NCBI GenBank assembly: GCA_030390025.1
Contig: CM059445.1
Span: 30,008,001-30,072,000, forward strand
Length of the DNA stretch: 64,000 nt
Direction of reading: 5' to 3'
Origin: Squalus acanthias
Lineage: Eukaryota
Part shown: positions 50,301 through 58,439 of the stretch, piece by piece
Numbering within the stretch: the stretch's first letter is position 1
How the letters are laid out: each line of letters starts with the position of its first letter
Notes under the pieces: model-generated
Database searches by the model: none
The model's input: only the letters and a program-made list of their open reading frames with translations
What the model was told of the DNA's origin: nothing
Program-made: the position numbers and the translations under genes

Positions 50301-53300
50301 AATGTGAGAACAAGTTCAGCCAGGTGGAGGAGGGTGGCGGTGGATGGGGACTGGTTGGGCCTCTGTTCAAGGAAGAAGCGGAGCGCCCTCAGGCCATACT
50401 GGTGGGGGATGGAGGTGTAGAGGGATTGTACGTCCATGGTGAAAAGGAGGCGGTTGGGGCCAGGAAACTGGAAACTGTTAAAGTGGCGGAGGGCGTCAGA
50501 GGAATCGCGGATGTAGGTGGGAAGGGACTGGACAAGGGGAGAAAAAATAGAATCGAGATAGGAAGAGAGAAGTTCCGTGGGACAAGAGCAGGCTGAAACG
50601 ATGGATCTACCAGGGCAGTCCTGTTTGTGGATCTTGGGAAGGAGGTAGAAGCGGGCTGTGCGGGGTTGGGGAACTATGAGGTTGGCGGCCGTGAGGGGAA
50701 GATCTCCAGAGGAGATGAGGTCAGTGACAGTCTTGGACACGGTGGCTTGATGTTCGGTAGTGGGGTCATGGTCCAGGTGGAGGTAGGAGGAGGTGTCGGA
50801 GAGTTGGCGTTAAATACATACTTTGGTTCTGTCTTCACAAAGGAGGACACAAATAAACTCCCAGAGATGTTGGGGAACATAGGGTCTAATGAGAGGGAGG
50901 AATTGAATGAAATCAGTATTTGTAGGGAAATGGTGTTAGGGAAATGGATGGGATTGAAGGCCGATAAATCCCCAGGGCCTGATAATCTACATCCTAGGGT
51001 ACTTAAGGACGTGGCCCTAGAAATAGTAGATGCATTGCTGGTCATCTTTCAAAATTCTATAGACTCTGGAACAGTTCCCACGGATTGGAGGGTAGCTAAT
51101 GTAACCACACTATTTAAAAAAGGTGGCAGAGAAAAAAGAAAAAAGCCTGACATCGGTAGTGGGCAAAATGCTAGAGTCCATTATAAAAGATGTAATAGCA
51201 GAGCACTTGGAAAACAGTGACAGGATCGGACAAAGTCAACATGGATTTACAAAAAGTAAATCATGCCTGACTAGTCTACTGGAATTTTTTGAGGATGTAA
51301 CAGGTAGAATAGATAAGGGAGAACCAGTGGATGTGGTGTATTTGGACTTTCAGAAGGCTTTCGATAAGGTCCCGCATAAGAGATTAGCGTGCAAAGTTAA
51401 AGCACATGGGATTGGGGGTAAGGTACTGATTTGGATAGAGAACTGGTTGGCAGACAGAAAGCAAAGAGTTGGAATAAACGGGTCTTTTTCCGAGTGGCAG
51501 GCAGTGACTAGTGGTGTACCGCAGGGATTGGTGCTAGGACCCCAGTTATTCACAATATATATTAATGATCTAGACGAGGGAACTAGATGTAATATCTCTA
51601 AGTTTGCAGACGACACAAAGCTGGGTGGGCGTGTTTGCTGTGAGGAGGATGCAGAGAAACTCCAGTATGATTTAGACAGGTTGGGTGATTGGGCAGATGC
51701 ATGGCAGATGCAGTATAATGTGGATATATGTGAGGTTATCCACTTTGGTGGCAAAAACAGGAAGACAGATTATTATCTGAACGGCAATAGATTGGGAAAA
51801 GGGGAAGTGCAACGAGATCTGGGAGTCCTTGTGCACCAGTCGCTGAAGGTAAGCATGCAGGTGCAGCAGGCGGTTAAGAAGGCAAATGGTATGTTGGCCT
51901 TCATAGTGAGAGGATTCGAGTACAGGAGCAAGGCTGTCTTGCTGCAGTTGTACAAGGCCTGCGTGAGACCACACCTTGAGTATTGTGTGCAGTTTTGGTC
52001 GCCTTATCTGAGGAAGGATGTTCTTGCCATGAAGGGAGTGCAGCGAAGATTTACCAGACTGATACCTGGGATGGCAGGAATGACGTATGAAGAGAGATTG
52101 GGTCGATTAGGCTTATATTCGCTAGAGTTTAGAAGAATGAGAGGGGATCTCATTGAAACTTATAAAATTCTAACAGGACTAGACAGACTAGATGCAGGAA
52201 GGATGTTCCCGATGGCGGGGGAGTCCAGAACCAGAGGTCACAGTCTAAGGATAAGGGGTAAGCCATTTAGGACTGAGATGAGGAGGAATTTCTTCACCCA
52301 TAGAGTGGTGAACCTGTGGAATTCTCTACCACAGAAGGCAGTTGAGGCCAAGTCATAAAATATATTCAAGAAGGAGATAGATATATTTCTTAAGGTTAAA
52401 GGGATCAAGGGATATGGGGAGAAAGCAGGGACAGGGTACTGAATTTGGATGATCAGCCATGATCTCATTAAATGGCGGAGCAGGCTCGAGGTGCTGAATG
52501 GCCTACTCCTGCTCCTATCTTCTTCTATGATGGGGTTGGATGGGGGATGTGATGAGATGTGTAGTCAGATAGGGTGTTCTTAGTGATCAGAGAAGATTTG
52601 TTGTGGATCAGCCTAGTTTCGATCAGACCCAGTATGCCAATGCACTCATCTTGAATAAGGCTGAGAATGGGGGGAACTTAGTTTGTGAAAAGTCGACATT
52701 TAGCAGGGTTATACGGAGGAGATGATAGCTGGAGACTCAGTGGGATGCCTAGAGAAGGTGGACTCAGTGTGGTTTCAACACACGGTGTGCTGCCAGGCCA
52801 GGCTCTTGCTAGTTTCATGATAAATTAGATCATATGTCTGAATAATGCAATTCTGTTGTAGTTTCTCAAAATCAGTGCAGTCAGCTATTTCAGAGTCAGA
52901 GCAGAACGGCATGTTCACTGTGAAGCCAACAAACGTGCCAATTCTTTTCCTCTGTTGCCAGCTTTGTCTTCTTTTCTACTCCCTCTTTTTTTCATCTGCT
53001 TCACCATCTTCTCATCTGCTATATCTTGTCTTCATTTTCTTATAACCCCCTGCTCAGACCTCAAGTTAATATTGCAGTCGGGACCGGATGACGTCATCGA
53101 AGCCCGAACTGCATAATTAAAGAAGGATCCCATCAGCTTTGGGTGGGTGTCCTGGCCGCTTGCAATTTAAAAATTTCAGCAGGCCAGATCAGGGGTTAAG
53201 TCAGTGGATAAGTCTCCTGCTCCATTTTAACTGCATTCCCACCCAGTTTCCACCAAGCAGTGTGTTAAAATTAGGCCCTGGGAATCACACCTTGTGATGC

Positions 53301-55840
53301 TGAGAACAGCATCCGAAGATATTGTAGAAAAATTCTTCTCTGCTGCACTGTGCGTCTCGATCCCAAAGCAATGGGAGAAATTGGCCGCCAACAACTCACT
53401 AATTTTCTTGCTGCATTCGACCATCGTGCTACATCATCATATTCAACTGCAACAACTTCCATTTATATAGCACCTTTAATATAGTAAAATATCCCAAGGC
53501 GCTTCACAGGAGCGTTATCAGATAAAATTTGACACTGAGCCACATAAGGAGATATTAAGACAGGTGACCGAAAGCTTGGTCAAAAAGGTAGGCTTTAAGA
53601 ATCGGCTTAAAGGAGGACAGAGAGGTGGAGAGCAATATTCCCTTTAAGCTGCGAAGTCTGGAGCTGCACAGCCTCTTAAAGGAGCAGCGCAGCCCAGAAA
53701 TAAATTAGAGGGAAAATTGGTAGAGAGGTGGAGAAGTTTTAGGAAGGAATTCCAGAGCTTAGGGCTGAGGCAGCTAAAGGTACGTCCACCAATTGTGGAG
53801 CGATGAAAATCAGGGATGCGCAAGAGGCCAGAATTGGAGGAGGTTACAGAGATAGGGAGGGGTGAGGCCATGGAGGGATTTGAAAACAAGGATGAGAATT
53901 TTAAAATTGGGGCGTTACTGGAGTGGGAGCCAGTGTAGGTCAGCGAGCACAGGGGTGATGGGTGAACGGGACTTGGCGTGAGTTAGGATACTGGCAGCAG
54001 GGTTTTGGATGAGCTCAAGTTTATGGAGATTGCAAGAGGGGAGGTTGACCAGGAGAACATTGGAATAGCTGAGCCTAGAGGTAACAAAGGCATGGATGAG
54101 GGTTTCAACAGCAGATGAGCTGAGGCAGCGGCAACACATAGCAACATGCAATAAAGGGCTTAATAGCACAGGAATGTACATTTTTGTTTGTGAAGTTTCA
54201 GTCGATTCATAAGTTTCCAGGCAAATAGGCCTTTTAGCTAATGTGTAATTATATATTTACAATGGATACACAATTAACATGTTCAAATTACAGGAAACCT
54301 CAACTCATTAACTAGTTACATCAAGGAACCAATTTGATCTGCAATTTAAAACCCCGCTGTACACTTAAATTAAAACCCCGTTGAAGGTGGCAGGGCAGGT
54401 TGAGAAAGCAATTAAAAAGGCTTACAGGATCCTGGGCTTCATAAATAGAGATGAAGAGTACAAAAGTGTGGAAATTATGATGAACCTCTATAAAACACTG
54501 GTTCGGCCCCAACTGGAGTACTGTGTCCAATTCTGGGCACCACACTTTAGGAAGGATGTGAAGGCCTTAGAGAGGGTGCAGAAAAGATTTACGAGAATGA
54601 TTCCAGGAATGAGGGACTTCAGTTACGTGGATAGACTGGAGAAGCTGGGGTTGTTCTCCTTGGAGCAGAGAAGATTGAGAGGAGATTTGATAGAGGTGTT
54701 CAAAATCATGAGGGGTCTGGACAGAGTAGATAGTTCCCATTGGCAGAAGGGTCGAGAACCAGAGGACACAGATTTAAGGTGATTGGCAAAAGAACCAAAG
54801 GAGATGTAAGAAAAAACTTTTTTACGCAGCGAGTGGTTAAGATCTGGAATGCACTGCCTGAAAGGGTGGTGGAGGAAGATTCAATCATGGCTTTCAAAAG
54901 GAATTATGTATCTGAAGGAAAGAAATTTGCAGGGCTACGGGGAAAGGGCGGGGGAGTGGGACTAGCTGAAGTGCTCTTGCAGAGAGCCGGCATGGGTTCG
55001 ACGGGCCGAATGGCCTCCTTCCACGCTGTAACCATTCTATGATTCTATAATTTAACCCTTTAAAGCCTGATACAGTTCAACAGGTGCTCAGGGACAGGGG
55101 TGGACTGGCTCCCCCCGAAAGGGCACGGGATTCTCACGGAAGAAGGGTTTGCCGATAATACTGCACTTTAGAACCATTTATGGGAGCATTCAGGAAATCT
55201 CCTCATTTCCCATATGGCCAGTCTGCCCCTGCCCAGGGACCATGTTCAACCGGCCCTTCTTCATGTGTAAGCTGGGCAGTGAGCAGCAGCAGGCTTGTCC
55301 ACTGTGAGGAACATCACAGCTAAGGTCAGGCTGTCCTCACCTGATGTGCACACCACAACCGCACACTTTCCAACAGGAATCACTAATTAGAGATCAGGAG
55401 CAGGAACCCTGGCCAATTTTTCCTTTCCCTATCACAAAGCTAACTGTGGCAGTCCAACTGCTATTATGGATGAGATCAGCTAACAGCACAGACCAAGAAT
55501 CAAACCCAAGATCTTCCGGTTTATATGGATTCGTACGACACTGGGTGGCACCTTTCTCCACTAAATCATTGTCAGAGCTTACCCAATCTTAGAATTACAT
55601 GTAATTGTAATTGTATTTGGATGGAACGCCAAACACGCTGGTTACTCACAAAGATAGTGTATGACTCTTCAGACATCTTGTAGATATGTTCAGAGTACTG
55701 GATGGCTCGGTTCAGGATCTTCTCCAATGAGATGACTGTACGAGATCTGTAAGGGCTCTGTGTATCTTTACAATCCACTAAGGGAGATGGTGCACACATA
55801 AAATGGTAGAGAATGACAGCAGAGAATCCGATCTGCAGGA
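17137..55840 (-). CDS. smtl: Somatolactin (GH/PRL/SL family) gene, coding exons 2-5; join complement(55650..55840, 41650..41757, 28651..28830, 17137..17331); exon 1 not found
   Basis: The exons splice to one open frame of 224 codons plus stop: (V)[63 protein letters not shown]|[36 protein letters not shown]|[60 protein letters not shown]|[64 protein letters not shown]. It matches remembered SL-specific motifs (SKSEIxxISDxWLLH, VQSWxEP, K|MLDE, [26 protein letters not shown]). All splice sites are GT-AG. Confidence 0.95.
17430..17765 (+). mobile_element. CR1 3' fragment in SL intron 4
   Basis: [13 protein letters not shown]-like sequence followed by a CR1 3' UTR. Confidence 0.75.
19090..19546 (-). 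mobile_element. Full-length tRNA-derived SINE, SacSINE1/DeuSINE-like
   Basis: Reverse complement has an A-box-like GGCTCAGT and B-box GGTTCAAGTCC, a central Deu-like domain (CTCTCAGGTG..GTAAAA.ATCCCATG...GAAGAAGAGCAGGGG) and a tail ATAAATGCAAGTCTTTCTTTC. Family name is from memory. Confidence 0.8.
19905..20035. repeat. 15-bp tandem repeat (GTGATCAGATGTCAC-like, about 6 copies) next to a hAT-like terminus GTTGCCAACCCTA
   Basis: Read directly from the sequence. The CACATG/CACGTG-type repeats resemble DNA-transposon subterminal repeats. Confidence 0.6.
20655..22050. mobile_element. Internally deleted Harbinger-like element with nested PLE and CR1 fragments
   Basis: Ends GGCCGAGAAATT and AATTTCTAGGCC. 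21300-21400 resembles the reverse complement of the Myb 3' end at 33465-33558. PLE family B pieces lie at 20860-21003 and 21505-21640, and a CR1 piece at 21720-21940. Confidence 0.55.
22545..22812 (+). mobile_element. SacSINE1-like SINE 5' part, interrupted by CR1; resumes at about 23884-23910
   Basis: CCTCTGAGTCAGAAG...TTCAAGCCCCACTCTGGAG...GAAGAGCAGGG...CCCTCAACCAACA matches the copy at 19090-19546. Confidence 0.75.
22814..23830 (-). mobile_element. CR1 LINE 3' about 1 kb, carrying a 78-bp PLE insertion at 23446-23523
   Basis: ORF 22902-23414 is the CR1 RT C-terminus. The insert is flanked by a 14-bp TSD CTCTATTTATGAAG at 23432-23445 and 23524-23537. Confidence 0.9.
23915..24000. repeat. 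Imperfect (GT)n microsatellite
   Basis: GTGTGCATGTGTGTGT... run. Confidence 0.8.
24355..24892. mobile_element. PLE family B short insertion with inverted pLTRs and two degenerate hammerheads (24419-24455 minus, 24757-24793 plus)
   Basis: 16-bp TSD GTAGAATTATACCTGA at 24339-24354 and 24893-24908. It contains the GIY-YIG C-terminal end ([17 protein letters not shown]) on the minus strand. Confidence 0.85.
25421..25576 (+). mobile_element. About 160-bp PLE-derived mini-element (family A) with an intact hammerhead at 25452-25488
   Basis: Nearly identical to the reverse complement of 12616-12772, with the same ends. Flanked by TGACTA at 25415-25420 and 25577-25582, inside a SINE tail. Confidence 0.85.
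26969..27705 (+). mobile_element. CR1 LINE 3' fragment (an older CR1 relic lies at about 26340-26800)
   Basis: ORF 26932-27360 reads [13 protein letters not shown]...[15 protein letters not shown]. The tail is CCTATGTTCC. Confidence 0.88.
27938..28390 (+). mobile_element. tRNA-like SINE sharing its 3' tail with the LINE at 13878-16065 (other copies about 36278-36493 and 58157-58435)
   Basis: B-box-like GAGTTCAAATCC. Tail CACCACCACCTTCTC...AATAAATGCCGGCCTCGCCAG..ATGCCCACATCCCAAGAATGAATT(A)n. Confidence 0.7.
28651..28830 (-). CDS. smtl: Somatolactin exon 4 (helices 2-3)
   Basis: Acceptor catcttacag|GAT CAG TGG. Donor CAA AAG|gtaaga. Length 180 bp. Encodes [18 protein letters not shown]...[11 protein letters not shown]. 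Confidence 0.94.
29846..30250 (-). mobile_element. PLE family B pLTR fragment with an intact hammerhead at 29913-29948
   Basis: Reverse complement reads agtt-CTGACGA-agggt ttc gacct-GAAA-cgtt-aact. Similar to 48690-49070. Confidence 0.82.
30695..30830 (+). promoter_or_regulatory. Putative promoter of the Harbinger Myb gene
   Basis: CCAAT/ATTGG boxes at about 30703, 30740 and 30765, CACGTG at 30803-30808 and TATATAAA at 30819-30826, about 120 bp before ATG 30943. Confidence 0.5.
30943..33558 (+). pseudogene. Harbinger Myb/SANT-like DNA-binding gene (exon 1 30943-31185, exon 2 31413-31575, exon 3 from about 31733, disrupted by a MITE)
   Basis: Reads [18 protein letters not shown]...MWREV...[15 protein letters not shown]. 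Exons 1-2 have GT-AG sites. The exon 3 acceptor appears mutated (ttctg) and the exon carries an insertion. Confidence 0.8.
32290..33030. mobile_element. Harbinger-type MITE inserted in the Myb gene
   Basis: TIR GGCCCAAAAATT and AATTTTTGGGCC. TSD AAT at 32287-32289 and 33031-33033. AT-rich core with TGCGCATGCGC motifs. Confidence 0.88.
33773..34879 (-). pseudogene. HARBI1-like DDE transposase pseudogene
   Basis: Motifs [34 protein letters not shown] and [15 protein letters not shown]. In-frame TGA at 34397-34399. Catalytic Asp residues are mutated ([13 protein letters not shown]). Confidence 0.9.
35375..36114 (+). mobile_element. Probable solo LTR; its 5' start may lie left of the Harbinger, at about 30541
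   Basis: TATA-like CATAAAAGGGG at about 35738, duplicated CAGAGGTTACCCCAGG, AATAAA at 36075 and a terminal CA. TGGGACCAGA occurs on both sides of the Harbinger. No convincing TSD. Confidence 0.4.
36560..37575 (-). mobile_element. Deleted Harbinger-like element with a decayed transposase N-terminus
   Basis: Ends GGGGTTATTTT and AAAATTGCCCC. The relic [13 protein letters not shown] resembles the [12 protein letters not shown] motif. Confidence 0.5.
37850..39402 (-). pseudogene. Second Harbinger transposase pseudogene and its upstream terminus
   Basis: ORFs 38281-38910 and 37804-38220 read [32 protein letters not shown] and [16 protein letters not shown]. There is an internal deletion and a stop. 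Terminus AATTTCTTCCCC. Confidence 0.88.
39410..39765 (+). mobile_element. CR1 3' fragment
   Basis: [24 protein letters not shown] followed by a GATTCTATGATTCTA tail. Confidence 0.78.
39775..41170 (+). mobile_element. LF-SINE-like SINE interrupted by a Harbinger-type MITE (39858-40723)
   Basis: Head GGCCTTTTTCCTCT..GGGTTCAATTCCAGCC. Body has CCTATGTGAAATGAGTT (40756-40772) and CCACATCACAAAAC (40808-40821), as remembered from the LF-SINE consensus. MITE TIRs are GGGCTGGATTTTA and TAAAATCCAGCCC. Confidence 0.65.
41650..41757 (-). CDS. smtl: Somatolactin exon 3
   Basis: Acceptor tttgtttcag|GAG GAG. Donor ATT TCG|gtaagg. Length 108 bp. Encodes [20 protein letters not shown]. Confidence 0.92.
42015..43430 (-). 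mobile_element. Old L2-clade LINE, degenerate; probable continuation at 45425-45860 and 52530-52740
   Basis: [15 protein letters not shown] and QLHWLPV motifs of L2 RT, with an L2-like tail at about 42020. Confidence 0.7.
42452..42580 (-). mobile_element. PLE family B 3' stub, truncated at the hammerhead
   Basis: 12-bp TSD AGAACAGGAGCA at 42440-42451 and 42581-42592. Hammerhead at 42550-42585 with stem III mutated (ACAT). Confidence 0.85.
43436..45424 (+). mobile_element. Penelope-like element (family B): RT plus GIY-YIG, frameshifted, intact hammerhead at 45322-45358
   Basis: [34 protein letters not shown] and [11 protein letters not shown] motifs. The YIDD motif is deleted. TSD AAAAGAAA at 43428-43435 and 45425-45432. 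Confidence 0.93.
45890..47710 (+). mobile_element. CR1 LINE, about 1.8 kb of ORF2, degenerate
   Basis: [40 protein letters not shown] and RGDLIE motifs, followed by a CR1 tail. Confidence 0.9.
48228..52530 (+). mobile_element. Relatively young CR1 LINE (ORF2 3' part), split by a PLE
   Basis: The 411-aa ORF 51123-52358 carries [24 protein letters not shown] and KFADDTK. The CR1 reading frame continues across the PLE (EMADQLNT|YFGSVF). Confidence 0.94.
48668..50809 (-). mobile_element. Penelope-like element (family B) inserted into CR1
   Basis: The 401-aa RT ORF has FFRYIDD. GIY-YIG ORF 49075-49404 reads [16 protein letters not shown]. 11-bp TSD TTAAATACATA at 48657-48667 and 50810-50820. Hammerhead at 48766-48801 with a CCGACGA core variant. 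Confidence 0.95.
53445..54140 (-). mobile_element. L2 3' fragment with an 87-bp hAT-type MITE at 53633-53719
   Basis: [14 protein letters not shown] and HWLP are L2 motifs. MITE TIRs are CAATATTCCCT and AGGGAAAATTG, with TSD GTGGAGAG/GTAGAGAG. Confidence 0.82.
54380..55047 (+). mobile_element. CR1 3' fragment, same subfamily as 22814-23830 and 61373-61927
   Basis: Near-identical [28 protein letters not shown] segment and tail. Confidence 0.9.
55230..55560 (-). mobile_element. Unclassified old tRNA-like SINE (related copies about 62510-62840 and 17900-18030)
   Basis: Shares GATCAGGAGCAGGAA.CC and GAGATCAG.TAAC..AGCACA.. with 62660-62780. Reverse complement has a B-box-like GGGTTTGATTC. Confidence 0.5.
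55650..55840 (-). CDS. smtl: Somatolactin exon 2 (signal peptide and helix 1)
   Basis: Acceptor attgttccag|TC CTG CAG (phase 1, as for GH-family intron 1). Donor ATC TTT|gtgagt. Length 191 bp. Encodes a hydrophobic segment followed by PLVDCK...[24 protein letters not shown]. Confidence 0.92.
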
Positions 55841-56044
55841 CTGGAACAATAAACAACAGCTCAATCAACTTTTCCAACAGTAAATATTGGTTACCTCTCA
55901 AACTGAGGCATGTTACAACATGAGAAAGAACAGGAAAAGGTCAATTAAGGCCTACTAACCTTTGCTTTTGTTCAGGGATTCTCCCCACCTACTCACCTGC
56001 TCATCACATCCCTCAATCCCTTCCCTCTTCAGAAACACATCCAA

Positions 56045-56605
56045 ATCATAAGAACATAAGAAGTAAGAGCAGGAGTCGGCCATACGGCCCATCGAGCCTG
56101 CTCCGCCACTCAATAAGATCATGACTGAACTTCTACATCAACTCCACTTTCCACCCTATCCCCATATCCCTTGATTTCCTTAGTGCCCAAAAATGTATCG
56201 ATCTCAGTCTTGAATATACTCAGCGACTGAGCATTCACAGCCCTCTGGGGTAGAGAATTCCAAAGATTCACACTCCTCAGTGAAGAAAGTTCTCCTCATT
56301 CCAGTCCTAAATGGCCAACCCCTTATCCTGAGACTATGACCCCTAGTTCTAAACTCTCCAGCCAGGGGAAACAGCCTCTCAGCATCTGCCCTGTCAAGCC
56401 CTCTAGGAATTGTATATGTTTCAATGAGATCATCTCTCATTTTTCTAAACTCCGGAGAAAATAGGCCCATTCTACTCAATCTGTCTTCATAGGACAGCCC
56501 TCCCATCCCAGGAATCAATCTAGTGAACCTTCTTTGCACCTCCTCCAAGGCAAGTATATCCATCCTTAGGTAAGGAGACCAAAACTGTGCACAGTACTCC
56601 AGGTT
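56045..56605 (-). mobile_element. CR1 3' fragment
   Basis: [13 protein letters not shown]...MRDDLIETY, with a CTTATGTTCTTATG tail. Confidence 0.88.
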
Positions 56606-56894
56606 GAATTTGTTGAATCCATTCATACTGGTCCAGTGGAAGTGCCCAGGCAATTTATTCCATGACTCGATTACCTTCTGGGTGAAAACATTCTACCCGA
56701 CTTCTTTTCTTAACTTCTGACTCCTGCTCTTTGGCCCTTTCCCCATAAGAAAAACAGAATCGAATCCGAGAAAATACAGATGGCAGAACAAGACTCTCTG
56801 TATGTCATTCATTTTTGGTAATTTTATTTTTGTTGTTGTCCTTAAGCATGTGATGACATCCCTGGACAATGAGATATTTTTCCATACTCCTTCT

Positions 56895-58160
56895 TTGGTA
56901 GAGAATTCCACAGGTTTACCACCCTCTGAGTGAAGAAATTTCACCTCATCTCAGTCCTAAATGTCCTACCCCGTATCCTGAGACTGTGACCCCTCGTTCT
57001 AGACCCCCCAGCTAGGGGAAACATCCTCCCTACCGAAGTGGATAACTTCACATCTATCCACATTATACTGCATCTGCCATGTATTTGCCCACTCACTCAA
57101 CTTGTCTAAATCACCTTGAAGCCTCTTTGCATCCTCCTCACAACTCACAATCCCACCTAGTTTCATGTCGTCAGCAAACTTGGAAATATTACATTTGGTT
57201 CCCTCATCCAAATCATTGATATATATTGTGAATAGCTGGGACCCAAGCACTGATCCCTGCGGTACCCCACTAGTCACCACTTGCCACCCCAAAAAAGACC
57301 CATTTATTCCTACTCTCTGTTTCCTGTCTGTTAACCAATTTTCAATCCATGCCAGTATACTACCCCCAATCCCATGTGCTTTAATTTTGCACACTAACCT
57401 CTTATGTGGGACTTTATCAAAGGCCTTCTAAAAATCTAAATGCACCTCATCCACTGGTTCTCCCTTATCTATTCTACCAGTTACATCCTCCAAAAACTCC
57501 AGTAGGTTTGTCAAACACGATTTCCCTTTCATAAATCCATGTTGACTTTGTCTAATCCCGTTGATATTTTCTAAGTGTCCTGTTATCACATCCTTTATAA
57601 TAGACTCTAGCATTTTCCATACTACTGATGTTAGGCTAACCGGTCTGTAATTCCCTGTTTTCTCCCTCCCTCCTTTTTTAAATAGTGGGGTTACATTTGT
57701 CACCCTCCAATCTGCAGGAACTGTTCCATAATCTAGAGAATTTTGGAAGATGTCAACCAATGCATCCACTATTTCCATGGCTACCTCTTTTAGTACTCTG
57801 GGATGCAGATTATCAGGCCCTGGGGATTTATCGGCTTTCAGTCCCATTAATTTCTCCAGCGCTATTTTTTTACTAATAGTAATTTCCTTTAATTCCTCCT
57901 TCTCGCTAGACCCTTAGTTCCCTAGCATTTCTGGAAAGTTATTTGTGTCCTCTTCCGTGAAGACAGAACCAAAGTATTTGTTTAATTGCTCTGCCATTTC
58001 CTTGTTCCCCATTATAAATTCTCCCGTTTCTGACTGTAAGTGACCTGCATTTGTCTTCACTAATCTTTTTCTTTTTACATACTTGTAGAAGCTTTTACAA
58101 TCCGTTTTTATGTTCCTTGCAAGTTTACTCTCATACTCTATTTTTCCCTTCTTAATCAAT
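56895..58160 (-). mobile_element. CR1 ORF2 fragment with an internal deletion
   Basis: [35 protein letters not shown] and KFADD motifs. Confidence 0.9.
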
Positions 58161-58439
58161 AAATCTGGTAAAAGTGACCATGAAGTTGTTGAATTGTCAT
58201 AAAAACCCAACTAGTTCACTAATGTTCTTTAGGGATGGAAACCTGCCGTCCTTACCCAGCCTGTCCTATATGTGACTTCAGTTTCACACCAACATGGTTG
58301 ACTCTTAACAGCCCTCTAAAGTGACCTAGCAAGTTGAAGAAGGCTCACCACAACCTTCTCAGGTCAACTAGGGATGGGCAATAAACATCGGTCTTGCCAG
58401 CGATGCCCACATCCTGAGATTGATTGATACAAAAAACTG

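Noticed and set aside
51123-52358. Longest ORF (411 aa) as a host gene
   Set aside because: It is CR1 reverse transcriptase, 5'-truncated and deleted upstream.
55895-56004. ATG...AG|gt candidates just upstream of exon 2
   Set aside because: Both are phase 2, which does not fit exon 2. One would give a ~55-bp intron and the other resembles a CR1 3' UTR.
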